DNA of 64,000 nucleotides from Mobula hypostoma (lineage: Eukaryota). A model generated the notes under the pieces. It ran no database searches, was not told the DNA's origin, and saw only the letters and a list, made by a program, of their open reading frames with translations. Location of the stretch: NCBI RefSeq assembly GCF_963921235.1, contig NC_086107.1:94738001-94802000 (forward strand), in the 5' to 3' direction. The position numbers were made by a program, and so were the translations under genes. Positions 49,743 through 63,189 of the stretch are shown here, piece after piece. Position 1 is the first letter of the stretch, and each line of letters opens with the position of its first letter.

Positions 49743-50479
49743 TGGGAAAGATGAAAAAAATGGCACAGCTGAAATTTGCGATATATAAAGCCAAAGTGTA
49801 CAAATCCAGAAGTAACCAGCTTGTTAATGACTAGTTAACTACATAGCTATTACATGATCAGTTGATTATTGATCAATACAAAACTATTCATCTGCTGTGC
49901 AGAATGTTGACAACGAGGTTAGATGCTTTGATATAAATTAAAATTCACTTATGCAACTTGCATCCAAATAATATACTGAAGATTTGAGAAGGGAATAAAG
50001 GAGCAGAGGGTTTGCCTTGACGTCCTCGGTCATTTCTTCAATAATTTTCCATGTTTCCCTCCCAGCCATGAGCTGATTTCCACATACCTGCCTTTCAGGA
50101 AGATGAGATATTGTCAGAACTTAGTATTCAAATGGTGAAAGAAATAAAATTATTGACATTTCTCTTACTAGAGAAGCATATAACACGGCTCATAATATAA
50201 CTGGGAGAAGAATTAGAGGGAGTTGAAACAAAGTCTATTTAACTTGGTGAGTGGTGGTGTCGGGGAACTCAGTCTGTATAACCAGTCAGATTGTACAACC
50301 TAGACTCACTTTTTGGACTCGTGTTCTCAGTATTTTTATATTTGCACAGTTTGTCTTTGCACATTGGTTGCTTGTCAGTCCTTATGCATGGTAGATTCTG
50401 TTGAACTTTATTTTTCCTGTAAATGTCTGCAAGAAAATGAATCTCAAGGTAGTATATGGTGACACTTCCTGCGTTTGAT

Positions 50480-50980
50480 GTGTGGTGGCCACTGAGTGGA
50501 CGTTTGTGGCTTTCTGCTGCCGTAACCCACCCTCTTCAAGGTTCAACGTGCTGCGCGATTAGAAATGCTCTTCTATACGTCGCTGTCAGTAACACGTGGT
50601 TATTTGAGTTACTGTCTCCTTCCTGTCAGCTTGAAACCAGTCTGGCCATTCTCCTCTGACCTCTCTCATAACAAATCATTTTCGCCCACAGAACTGCTGC
50701 TCACTGGATGTTTATTTTCGCTCCATTCTCTGTAAACTCTAGAGACTGTTGTGCGTGAAAATCCCAGGATCTCAGCAGTTTCTGAGATACTCAAACCACC
50801 CCATCTGGCACCAACAATCATTCCACGGTCAAAATCATATTTCTTCCCCAATCTGATGTTTGGTCTGAACAACTAAGCGTCTTGGCCATGTCTGCATGCT
50901 TTTATGCGTTGAGTTGCTACCACACAATTGACTGATTAGATACCTGCATTACCCAGCAGGTGTTTCTAATAAAGTGCATA
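50480..50980 (-). mobile_element. Tc1/mariner non-autonomous element (same family as 9578-10083; partial copy at ~18195-18355)
   Basis: DFDRGMIVGARWGGLSISETAEILGFSRTTVSRVYRE and TIR remnants. Confidence 0.8.
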
Positions 50981-52944
50981 CATACTTTGATGACAAATTG
51001 ACTTTGAACTTTGAAGGGAATTGGAGGCAAAGAACTTCCTTGCCATTTATTCACAGAGCATCATTTGACCAACTCAGGATAAATGCTACTTTGAAGATCC
51101 ATAGCCAAAAGGCAACTTAGCATTAGCGAAATCGCTCTGCAGCATCAGCGATCCCGTCTGGGTTTGATTCCCACCGCTGTCTGCATGGAGTTTGTCTGCT
51201 CTCCCAATGACCTCATGGGTTTCCTCCGGGTGCTCTAGTTTCTTCCCACATTCCAAAAACTTACCGATTAGAGTTAGTCAGTGGTGAACGTGCTACGTTG
51301 GAGCCAGGAGCATGTTCACTTGCGGGCTGCCCCCCAGCACATCCTCAGAATATGCTTGGTTACTGGTGCAGCTACAACCCATTTCACTGCACGTTTCAAT
51401 GTACATATGACAAATACAGCTCATCTTTTTTTAAAAAATCGTAAAAGCCGAAAAGCTTGTCTAGCATGCATAAATGTCAAAACTGCATTTGACATTTTTT
51501 TGTGTTGCTTCAACATCTCCAGCAGAAAATCAGGGATACATAACCAGTGTTGTACAGCCATTTCTGCCTGGGGAAAAGTCCCTGGCTGTATACTTGATCT
51601 GAGTCTCTTTTTTTTAAAAACTAGGGATACAAGCTGATATATTAGACTAATACCTGGAACAGTCTGCCTATTGAGGAAAGGTTAGAATTTAGAAGAATGC
51701 AAGAGACTTGATTGAAATGCAGGATCCTGGGGGTCTTAGCCAGCTGTGTACAAAGCTGCTGCTTCTTGTGGGAGAACCTAAAAGTAGAGGTTGCTGTTTG
51801 TATGTTGCATGGCTAGCACAGCAGTGTGGGCTGAAGGGCCTGTAATGTGCTGTAGATTTCTCTGTTCCGTGTTCTAAAACAGGAACTGCCATTTTACAAC
51901 AGAGTCAAGGTGATTGTTTATGCTTCTCACCTGTTTTTCACACATAGCTACATAGGAATTAGGAGCCTGCTCTGTCATTCACTAAGATCATGGCTGGTCA
52001 GCGCCACATTCATACCTCCCCCCCCCCCCCCCACCACCCTTGCTTGCCAAGGATAAACCCATCTCATTAAAAGGTTCACAACACGCTGGAGGAACTCAGC
52101 AGGTCGGGCAGTATCCGTGGAAAAGATCGGTCGACGTTTCGGGCCAGAACCCTGACCCCAGCATCTGCAGATTATTTTGTGTTTCATTAAAAGGTTCACT
52201 TTCTTAAAAGACAATGGAAGAGAGTTCCACAGACTCTCAAGCCTCAGAGACAAAAAAAAATTACCTGGACTCTGTCGTTAGTGACTGGGGTTCAATTCCT
52301 GCCGCTGCCTGTTAAGAGTTTGTACATTCAGTCTGTGACCGCGTGGGTTTCCCCCTGGTGCTCCAGTTTCCTCCCGTGTTCCAAAAAAGTTAAGTGGGTT
52401 AACTCGTCAGATGGGTGTAACTGAGCCGAGCAGGCTCATTGAGCCAAAAGGCCCTGATCCCGCACTGCAGCTCTTAATTTTTAAAAATCATCTTGTAAAC
52501 ATAGTTTAAAAAAAAAGAACGAGGCACAGATAGTGGACAGTGACATTTTCCTAGGTGGAAATGGATAATACAAAGTGGCATAGTGATTGCAGGAAAGTAT
52601 AGTGGGGGGGACGTCAGAGGTAATATTAATTTATTTTTACACAGAGAGCGGCGGGTGCATGGAACACACTGCCGGGGTGGTGGTAGAGGCAGATACATTA
52701 GGGACATTTAAGAGACTCTTAGATAGGCTCTTGGATGAAAGAAAAATGGAGGGCGGCGTAGGAGGGAGGGGTTAGATTGATCTTAGAGAGGGTTAAAATA
52801 GCAGCTCAACATTAAGGGCTGAAGGCCCTGCACTCTGCTGGGCTTTCTGTGTTCTATTAATTTGTTTCCAATGTATTAACTAAGGACAACAAAATGATAC
52901 ACTGACTATGGACTCACCAATGCTATGTACAGCACGAAAGCCTT

Positions 52945-53248
52945 TTATAATAGGCATCCATTAGTCTCGTGAGACCATGGATTTGCCCCTTGGAAGGTTT
53001 CCAGGGCGCAGGCCTGGGCAAGGTTGTATGGAAGACCAGCAGTTGCCCATGCTGCAAGTCTCCCCTCTCCATGACACCGATGTTGTCCAAGGGAAGGGCA
53101 TTAGGACCCATACAGCTTGGCACCGGTGTCGTTGCAGAGCAATGTATGGTTAAGTGCCTCGTTCAAGGACACACACGCTGCCTCAGCCAAAGCTCAAACT
53201 AGCGACATTCAGATCACTAGACCAACGCCTTAACCACTTGGCCACGCA
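52945..53248 (-). mobile_element. tRNA-derived SINE with CORE-like motif
   Basis: On the minus strand: A box TGGCCAAGTGG, then GTGTCCTTGAACGAGGCACTTAACC (CORE-like) and an AT tail. Confidence 0.6.
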
Positions 53249-56200
53249 CATAAATAGCTGGGGTGTCCTAGACTTTTACATGTGCTGCAGTAATTTTATG
53301 TATTGCACCGCAAAAAACAACACATTTCATGACATATGTGAGTGATGATAAACCTGATTCTGATATGGGTCTCTATTGTGGACTGAGAGTGGGAAGGGGG
53401 TCAGGGAGAGGGGAATCATAGCTGGGAAAAGGGGAAGGGAGAGGAAGCACCAGAGAGACATTCAGAATGATCGATAAACCAATTGTTTGGAATCAATTGA
53501 CCTTGCCTAGTGTCTGAGGGCTGGGTATGTTTGCAACCATGCCACCTCCTGCCCTGGCACCCCTTCTCTGCCACCAGTCCCATACCCCTCCCACAGCGCT
53601 CCACCCTCGCCATTCCCAACATCTTTTGCTCCCACCACATTTACAAGCTCGCTCTCCGCTCCACGTTGACAAATACAACACTGTGCAAAAGTCTTAGGCA
53701 CCCTCGCAATATACACGTGCCTAAGACTTTTGCGCAGTGAAGCATAACCTCCCTGGTTTAATACTCATTTCCCCTCAGAATAAACCATAACACTGACGGT
53801 TTTTCTAATTATGTGTTGTGTCTGAAAACCAAACACTGGGAACCTTTGATGGTGTTCTACAACCTCTCACCATCTAGAGGGAACCATTTGATTTTCCTGC
53901 TAAAATGGTCACCTTCACATTTCCCCACCTCAATTTATTTATGGGGAGGAAAGTGTGGTGCCAATCCATCACTAATTACAACAACCCCACCCCCCCCATA
54001 ATATTTCAGAGAGTCTATCGGATGGATGAATCTGGATTTACATGTAGACTAGCCTGGGTCACGATGACAAGTTTTTGCTCCTGAAGGACATTAGTGAATT
54101 AGACGAGATTGTGATGACAGTTTGCATGTCCAGACTCTGCTCTAACTCGATCTACAATAATTTCAGGTCGATACAATGAAGAAGGAGATAGAGAGCCGAG
54201 TGACATTATGTCATGACAACAGTCTTTCTCTCAATGTCACGAAAATAACCGGTCAGCGGCTTCAGGCAGGGAGGTGGTGCACATGCTCCTCTTTACATTA
54301 ACAGTGTTGAGGTTGAGATAGTTCAGAGCTTCGAGGATGTCCCAGGAGGCACATCACGAATAGCCTGTACTGGCCCTCTCCTTCCTCATGAGTCTAAAGA
54401 AATTGGGCACATCCCTGCCGCCCCTACCTATTTTTTTGTTTATCAATACACCACAGAAAGCTTCCTCTCTGAGAGGGTTCAGGGCTTCCAGGAACATCAC
54501 AAATAACCTGTCCTAGACCCCTAGTGCCTCAGGAGGCTAAAGAAATTGGGCACATCATTGCCGCCCCTACCCAATTTTTTTTTTATCAATAGACCCCAGA
54601 AAGCCTCCTATCTGGATATTTCATGGCTTGTAACGGCAACTGCTCTGCATATGACAAGAAATCAACCTTCCCTCCTGGGTTTTGGCCTGGAACGTCGACT
54701 GTACTCTTTTCCATAGGTACTGCCTGGCCTGCTGAGTCCCTCCAGCATTTTGTGTGTGTTGCTTCGCTCCACGGACTGTCTATACTTTTTGCTGCCCTAG
54801 TAAAGCAACCAGCATTATCAAAGACCCCACCCACCCCAGACATTCTCTCCCTTTCCCTCTTCCATGAGGAAGAAGTTACAAAAGTCTAAAAGCACATGCC
54901 ACCAGGCTCAAGGACAGCTTCTACCCTGCTGTTATAAGACTATTAAACAGTTCCCTAGTACAAGTTGGACTCCCGATCTCATAATTGTTGTGATCTTGCA
55001 CCTTATTGTTTACCTGCACTGCACTTTCTCTGTAGCTGTTACTCTTTATTCTGCATCGTTACTGTTTTAACTTGTTCTACCTCAATGCACTGTGTAATGG
55101 TTGGATCTTTATGACACGCGGTTCTCTGTACCTCGGCAGGTGTGATAATAACAAACCAATTCCAATTTTTGAACGTACATATAATTAAATAAATCTGGAA
55201 GTAATTCATAGCTGCTGTGTTGGAATTTGAACGTGTTCCAAAATCAAAGTCTAGGGGTTATGGAGCAACTTGACGCCTATCATCCAGCGACAAAACTATT
55301 TGAGTCAATGGTAGAACAGTTGCACGAGGCTGAACGTCTTTCTGTTCTCATATCCTACAATCTAACCCTTTCAAAAAAAGGTCTAAATCCCACCCTCCCC
55401 ACCCCACTTCGTCTGAAAGCCAAAATCCACCAGGTGAATCCCCAAAACCAAGTGCCGTCCTCGTGATTGACTTGTTACCCGCAGCAGCCTACGAGCCAGA
55501 GGCAACAATCGAGAGAGACGCACACATCAGCATACTAAAGATTTTTAAAAATACTGTAGGCAGCACAGGAATTATTCGGCATTTAAAACATGAAAGAGGT
55601 TAAACTATTTTTTTTTAGAAAAAAACAAAATACAGAGGAAGAATGTGTTTTTCTTTCATATTGTGGACACAGTATACAATGCAAGTTGTACATTTTGCGA
55701 GGGGAGGAAGGGGGTGGGGAGAGGGAGAAGTAGGAAAAGAAAAAACATTTGCAGGACATTGTTAAACAATCAAAAATATATAATATATGTAACATCAATA
55801 CAAGAACACAAATCGAAAACGGTAACAATACCTTTCAGGCCATAACATTGTACAGTTAGAACACATCATTAAAAAAGGTTAATAATAAGTATTACATAAA
55901 CAGAGAGAGAGAGTGAGAGAGATGAAAACATTGCATCTCCGAAGGCAGCTTATGACAAAATGGATCGAAGTGTGCCTGTGCCCCTTCCCAAACCACAAGC
56001 CTCAGGTCCTACGAAACGCTGCCCACACACTCACCCTCTGCTCACACTACCCCAGTGGGGAAAAGTTTTACGACATGTCTCGTCCTCTTCTCTCCCAGGC
56101 CTTCGCCCCCTCCGAACCTTCACCAGCCCCCCTCCCGGAGCCTCCAATTCTGATCCACATTACATCCACCAATCACACACCCATAAAGGGGAATTACAAC

Positions 56201-59200
56201 ACAAATCCTTTTTTTTAAAATATAAATTAATATTTTATCAAATTGGAAATCCCTGGAAAAATGGGCTTTGATGGGAGTTAATGATAGATCTGTGGTGTAA
56301 GACGGTGACCTGACAGACTTGGCGACCTCCGAACCCAAGGTGAGCCAATAAAATTGGCCAAGGTGACTCCTCACTGGGACTCCAAGGGACTTGGGAGTGA
56401 TTTACTTAGAACAGTTTTTATAACCTCCAACCCCAAGGTGGGCCAAAAGAAAAATGCTCAAGGTGACCTCACTGGGACTCCAAGAAACTTGGGACTGCTT
56501 TATTTAGAACAGTTTTTTTTTGGGACAGCTTTACTTTATAGGCAGAGGAAAATACATTATTGAGAGCTAACTGCAACTTGTTTTTGCAAAAAAAGTGAAA
56601 CAATACCGTCGGAACAAGCCTCTCTCTCCCAATGAGCTCAGAGACAAGATTGGCTCAGGTTTAATTCAAGGGAGGAAAGCGTAGGGCAGATGTCAGAGGT
56701 ATTTTTTTTTAAACACACAGTGGTGAGTATGTGGAAGGCACTGCCAGGGTAGTAGAGGCAAGTACATTAGGGGCGTTTAAGAAACAAGGGTGATAGCGAA
56801 ATGGAGGGCTATGTAGGAAGGAAAGATTAGATTGATCTTGGGAGAGGTTAAAAGGTTGGCACAACACTGTGAGCTGAAGGGTCTACACTGTGGTGTGGTA
56901 TGCTGTGTTTTACATTCGAATACCTTTGGAAATGAAGGTACAACAGGGATAACAATAATTTCAGGTTGAAAATGAAGTCCCTCCTGATTGAGGATCTTTC
57001 TCCCCCACTCCTCCCCCTTCATCTTCATCAGAGAAGCTCAAGCACACCAATGGACACCCATGACTTACCAGCACCCTAGAAATGACTGGGGGCGGGCTAC
57101 AGAGGATTACCCATCCCGTTGCAGGTTAATGACCTGAGATGTTAACCATTTCCCTCCCCCTCTATAAATGCCGTTCGACTTGCACTGTGTTTCTAGCACT
57201 TCCTGGGGTTAATCTTTCAGGACATTGCCAAGTTTGATTTCAGAAAAAAAAGTTCCAAAAGAGGGCCGGTGGGGGGGGGGGGGAACATTGGGAGAAACTG
57301 AGTCAATTCACTTTGAATTCTGTTATCCTGTTACACATTAGAAACATGTTGAGAGGTGGGTTTCAGGGGTAAAGGTCATGGGATGAAACCACCAGGATTG
57401 TGCACAGTCAGAGCTGGCAACTCTGCTAAATTGTCAACAGAATTTCCAGGGGAAGTGTCCCTGATTGGAAACTGTTTTATCTCTGCGGATACCGTTTCCT
57501 CCAGAAGGTCGTACCTTTCTAATCTATTTCCACCTCCAGGAGAGAGTGTTGAACTGAAGGAAACCCCCAAAAGAGTTGGGAAACAACATGTCATTGGAAT
57601 CTATTTCGGGTCCCAGACAGTCAGTTCCCAACACCTGTCCCACCAGAAGCAACTCCTCCTCCAGACGGCAAACTGGTGACACCTCAAGCAGCTCTTGGCC
57701 GAAAGGTGGAGACAGGAGGCCTGTCTTGGAGTTGTGTGTGTCTGTGTTTGTGCGTGCGTGTAGGTGGGAGGGAAGAAAAGGGGGATTGTTTTGCTGCTGA
57801 GGTTCTGCTTTGCCATGTTCTGTGTTGCTCTGCCGAGCGTCGTGGGCAGGTTGTGTTGGCGCCGGAATGCATGGCGGGCAACGCTTGCACATCCTTGGGT
57901 GTGTTGGCTGTCGACACAGATGACACAGTTCACCGAATGTTTCCAGGACATTGAGATAAATAAATCTGAATCTGAGTGGGTCCAGGAAGGTTGTATTCAA
58001 ACGACCTTTGCAATGGTAACCCCCGCACAGGGAGTGTTCTTTTCTGAGGCCCAGCTTCATATCCCCATGTCCTCACCATGCTTAAGCCTGGGGAGAGATT
58101 GGACTCTCGTCCCCGCCAGGTACGTTCCACACACAGAGACAGACAGACAGACACACACATACACAAACACACACGCCACGGCAGAAGGCTGAACCAGGAC
58201 AGGCAACCCCGGGACGACATCATCTTTAACCCTTTCTCATCCAAGCAGACCCAGGGAAAATTGTACCACTCCCAAGCAGTCCTGTGTGCGAGTCATGGGG
58301 ATTGGGGATTTACTATCACACATAAACCCCAGGCCACCAGCCTCCCCCCTCCGCAAAGTGACCTCATCCACCCTGGGGTGCATCACTCCATTTTGTCATA
58401 ATCTGTCTTTCTTTGCGTAAAATAGGACACTTGACAAGTCTCAGAACATATTATATAAACCAAGTACTAATAAGGTCCAGTCAGACTGAACATCACAACT
58501 AAGCAACCTTCTGTGATTTTTTTTTCTCTGTTAAGTATTGGTTAGCTCTCTCAAATACAATATAGTACATGGACATTTGTTCTGTACAATATATATACAT
58601 GGGAGACATGACAAGTTGCCTCTGTTTCTAAAAACCGTTTACGACAGGCGAGCACCCAAGATAGGACAGATCCCAATTATTTTTTTGTAAAACTTACATT
58701 TTACCAGAAGGGAGACAGGGAATCTGTAAGATATTTTTAAATAACATAAAATGATTAAATTATATTCAGCCAGCGTTAAGTTGGTGGAGTTTTTTTTTGC
58801 ATTTTTAAAATAGTTAATTCATTTTGTTAACAGGGCAAGGGGGTGGGAATGGAAATATTTGATTAAAATCTGAAAAAAAACACATTAGGGCTAAAATATA
58901 ATGCAGCATTTGCTTGACCGGACCCTCAAAGAATTGTTTTTAAAAAACTTGGAGCCTCTCCCGCAAGAGTTATTTTCCTGTGGGTATCTCCCTCCCCTCT
59001 CCCTGCCATCTCCACTCTTGCCCGCCACGTCCCACCAATGTCCCACGTCCAACCCGTCTTGGCCAGACATCATGTCTAGACCACGTCCAACCCGTCTTGG
59101 CCAAATATCACGTCTAGACCACCCTTTTTGTAGCAAGCACTCATTTTTAAACTGTTCCGTTTTGTCTTCCTTCTTTTTTGGGACATTTCTCTTTGGGGTG

Positions 59201-59490
59201 GGTTGTGGGTGAGGGAATAAATTTACAGTGGCTACTGTCAATAGAGGGGATGAAGTTGAAGTCTTCAAGTTCAGGCTCCGTTTTCCAACGAAAACCGATC
59301 TTCAGACAGGGGAGTCTGATTAGTCGCCCCTCAAGACTGCCAGCTGTTTGCAGTGTCCATTCACTTTATTCCAGGCCGGCAGCCATTTTCAATTTCCATT
59401 CACATCCCGCCTCCCAGACCAAGAGTACAGCTGTGTCTGGTTGTCACTTGTTCTTGAAGTCTGTAGACATTTGCAGTCATTATCTTCTGT

Positions 59491-59663
59491 CAGCCATATG
59501 CAGTGCCTGGTCACATGTCCTCCAGAACGGCAGCCATATGCAATGTCCAGTCACATCCTCCAGAATGGCAGTCATATGCAGTGTCCAATCACGTCCTCCG
59601 GAATGGCAGCCATATGCAGTGTCCAGTCACATATCCTCCAGAACCACAGCCATATGCAGTGTC
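59491..59663. repeat. 38-40 bp minisatellite (~4.5 units)
   Basis: Units CAGCCATATGCAGTGTCCAGTCACATCCTCCAGAATGG, with more degenerate units from ~59341. Confidence 0.9.
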
Positions 59664-61303
59664 TCTCAAGCTACTCAATGTCCAGAGAATGAAAGGGTGC
59701 TCCAGCCACATGCATCTGCATTTCAGGATCATTCTAACCTTATTTTCAACTTAATGTTATTTCATAGAAACACAGTGGTTTTAGCCTTCTGTGAAGTGTG
59801 ATGAAGGGGCTTGGATCTCCAAGATCAGATCCAATAGGGGAAAAAGGAACAGATCCAACAATCAATACAACCTCTTACCCTAAATTTAACTGGGCCTAGT
59901 CACTTTAACTTGGTAGGTACTGACCATTGCCAGGACAGCAGGAGATAGATGACCCTTCAATTTCCTCCTACACCCTCTCAAATTCACCTGAATAATCCTC
60001 GATAAGTCCCAAATATGAACATCACCAGAAGCTTTGGGGAGATCTTCAACCCGAGGTCAGGCAACTGAATATACGCCCCAGCTCTTCTCCTGGATGATCG
60101 TCGGAAAGTGCCACAGTGTGGCTGGAGAGTCCAGTGTGCTGTGGGACAAGTCTCGAGTTTCTGAGTGCGAGGGGGGCAGGTGTGAAGATCGGGGGGAGAT
60201 CGAAAGGTCACCCAGCACCTAGACCAGCCAGCTCTCTGGAAGAAGGGGTGGGGAGGGGTCAGGGAGAAGTAGGAATGGTCTTCAAAGGTCAGCAGTTGAA
60301 GGTGTCTACAAAGAGGACCCAGCCACAGCAGCCAACCCTTCTTCAACAGTTACCCAGGAACTCCTGATGATTTCAATTGCACTGCTTATGGTTGGGTTGA
60401 AGGTTCTTCCAAAGGGTCCGGGGTGGGACAGTAGAAAGAGCTCTCAACCACAGCTTGGGCTACTGACCGCCACCTGTGCTGGTGAGGGAGGGGCTGCCAC
60501 GTGGACGTGACAGTACTGGAATGGGAATGGGTGGGGCGTGGGAGAGCTGGGAAAGGCAGCAGGAAGAGAGTCTGAAATCCCTGCAGACAGGGGCTTCAAC
60601 GTGACCAGCCCCACCGCCCCATCTCACAGTTCAAGCCTCACCCTGTTCCTTCAGTCAAGCCCTCATCCAGCTAGAACCAAATGGAAACCCAACCCCCAGG
60701 TCCCCAAACCACCCCCCCACCCCCCAGGGCAATTGGCAGAAGGAAGGCGTGGGTGAGTGGTGGTGGGAAAGGAGCTACAGTGAGAGGGACAGACCAATGG
60801 GAGGGAGAGAGGGGTGAAGGAGGGACTATAGGGGCAGAGGGTTGAGTGATGAAATGACAACAAGGATGGGGGAGAGGTGGGAGATGGAGTAGCAGTGGGG
60901 CAATGGGGAGAGGGGGCAACAAGGGTGGGAGAGAGGTGGGTGATGGAGGGGAATAGGATGACAGGGGCAGGGGAAAGGGATAATGGGAGGAGGGCAGACA
61001 GAGGGGCAATGGAGGGGTGACAAGAGGCCAGAGTTGGGAAATGGATGGGTGCAGAGTGGCGATATGGGCAAGGGAGGGGGGGAAACGGGGACCTAGCAGA
61101 TGGGATATAAATATATGGGTTGGGATGAGTGAGGGGCACGGAGAGGAGTGACAACTGAGTCGAGGCCGTTGAAAGTGGGCTCGGAGCAGTACCCACTGCC
61201 TCAGCGGGGCATTAATTTCACCCCACCTCCCCCGGGCACCCACGGGTGCTGGCTGGGACAGGGGGAACCAGTGTCAGCTATGGAGCTTTCTTAAAGAAAG
61301 GGG

Positions 61304-61304
<1 letters not shown>

Positions 61305-61330
<26 letters not shown>
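61305..61330. repeat. T26 homopolymer (A26 on the PRR12 strand)
   Basis: Directly visible in the sequence. Confidence 0.95.
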
Positions 61331-61336
<6 letters not shown>

Positions 61337-61601
61337 CAAACGGTAACTTCTGAACAGTCCTAACTGAAAAATCGTCAGCAGCGTTGCAAGGATGACGGGA
61401 AAAATTAAATCTGGCAAAAGGGGCGTCACTGCGGGCAGTCACCAGTGGCCTCCTCTTCCCACCAACCCCTGGGAGATGGTGATGGGGAGGGGCGGGTGGA
61501 TGGGGTGGGGCCAGAGAGAGGCAAGGAAGGAGGAGAGAGTACGAGAGAGGAGAGTGGTCATGTCTGCGGCGGCTGGGGTGGGGTGAGGGGTGAGGGGGCG
61601 G

Positions 61602-61742
61602 TCACGCGCACTGTTGCTGAACCTGGGTGAGGAGCTCGCAGAAAGAGTCGAAGAGCTTCTCCAGCCACGCCATGTTGCGCATGCACTGCTGCACGATCTC
61701 CTCCTGCCCCAGGTCCTCATTCACCTCCGACAGGGTGTCCGT
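61602..61742 (-). CDS. PRR12: PRR12 last coding exon (PRR12/QSER1 family C-terminus)
   Basis: ctccccttacag|[46 protein letters not shown]. Matches the recalled PRR12 end ([26 protein letters not shown]) better than QSER1, and linkage with MED25 also favours PRR12. Confidence 0.85.
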   Translation of the reverse strand, partial: TDTLSEVNEDLGQEEIVQQCMRNMAWLEKLFDSFCELLTQVQQQCA

Positions 61743-62013
61743 CTGTAAGGGGAGGCAAACGTGGTCACCGCCAGCTCTCTTCACCTCCCTCCCCGAAACC
61801 TCCCGCGAAGCCCTGCCCACCGTGACACCAGAGTCCCCTCCTCCCTCTACCCTCCCAACAGCCGACAAGCAGCGGGAGTTCCCGCCAAGGGACAGCCCCA
61901 ACCCCGTAACGCATGGCACCAGGGGGGCTGAGTGCAGCACTATCAGTGCAAATACAACATTACCAAAAATAACTTGAGATGAGGAAGTGGGAGGGTCGGT
62001 TACTAAGTTCGCA

Positions 62014-62563
62014 TGTAACACACTGTAAGGTTTCACTGCTAATGTAATGGCTTCTCTGTAGCAGCAATGTTTGGGTTATGACTAGAGATAATGGGGTACG
62101 CTAATCAATGAACAGGATGTTGTTCTTTCTTGTGTGTCTGGGAGCCCGGAATTCCCGGTTCTTTTGCTGGGGAGAGATGAGGAGGGAAGACGCGAATGGA
62201 GAGAGTTGGTAGACCGCCGGACGGGGTGGACTTGGAGCGAGGGTCCGAAGGTCAGCGGTGATCGGAGGAGGTTGATGGTGGACGAACAGCCTTATCACTG
62301 AGCTCCAACCTTGTGCAATAGACTGTTTCATCAGAATGGGCCCTTTTTCTTTTTTTGTTTTCTTTACTAACCATATAGTCAAATTAAGAATTTTAAAGCT
62401 CAATTGTTTAATTGCATATTGTGTACTGTTTGTTATTTCTGTGGTTCTGGTTTGTAACAGGGAACACATCACGCAGCATCCACCCAAACAAGATTTCTTA
62501 AGTTTGGCCAGGCTGGGGGCTATCATCCGCCAGATTAAGCTGCTAGCTGAAGCGAGGGTTACA
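62014..62563. mobile_element. Solo LTR (550 bp) inserted in a CR1 RT fragment
   Basis: TGTAAC...GTTACA termini and a 4-bp TSD CGCA (62010-62013 / 62564-62567). It splits the CR1 motif KFA|DDTK. Confidence 0.88.
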
Positions 62564-63189
62564 CGCAGATGACACGAAGGTTGGTGGTGTTGTGGAGAGT
62601 GTAGCAGGTTACAATGGGACATTGATAGGATGCAGAGCTGGGCTGAGAAGAGGCAGGTGAAGTTCAACCTGGAGAAGTGTGAAATTATTCGCCTTGGAAG
62701 ATCAGACTTGAATCAGGGTACAGGATTAATGGCACAATTCTTAACAGAGTGGTGGAACAGAAGGACCTTGGGGGTCACGTTTATAGATCCCTCAAAGTTG
62801 CTGCACGAGTTAATAGTCAGAATTAGGTTTAATTTCACCGGTATGTGTCATGAAAGTTGTTGTCTTTGCGGCAGCGGTACAATGCAATACATAATAACTG
62901 TGAATTACATTAAGTAATCAAATATATAATACAAACGGTAGTTCAATTAACTAAGTAGTGCAAAAATAGAAATAAAGTAGTGAGGTAGTGTTCATGGGTT
63001 CAATGTCCATTCAGAAATCGGGTGGTAGAGGGGAAGAAACTGTTCCTGAATCGTTGAGCGTGGCTTTCAGGCTCCTGATGGTAGCAATGAGAACAAGGCA
63101 TGACCTTGGTGATGGAAGTCCTTAATGACGGACGCCGCCTTATTTTGAGGTGTGGTTAAGAGAGTGTAGGGTGTATCCTCCCTTCCCAT

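Noticed and set aside
54320..54620. ~150-bp duplicated segment
   Set aside because: It is a local duplication within a decayed Rex1/Babar-like fragment with no sign of function.
59491..59663. CRISPR-like array
   Set aside because: The units are contiguous with no unique spacers, there are no cas genes, and the context is vertebrate.
59178..61243. Long ORFs (207, 177 and 190 aa)
   Set aside because: They arise from the minisatellite and the C-rich low-complexity tract; no recognisable domains or splice structure.
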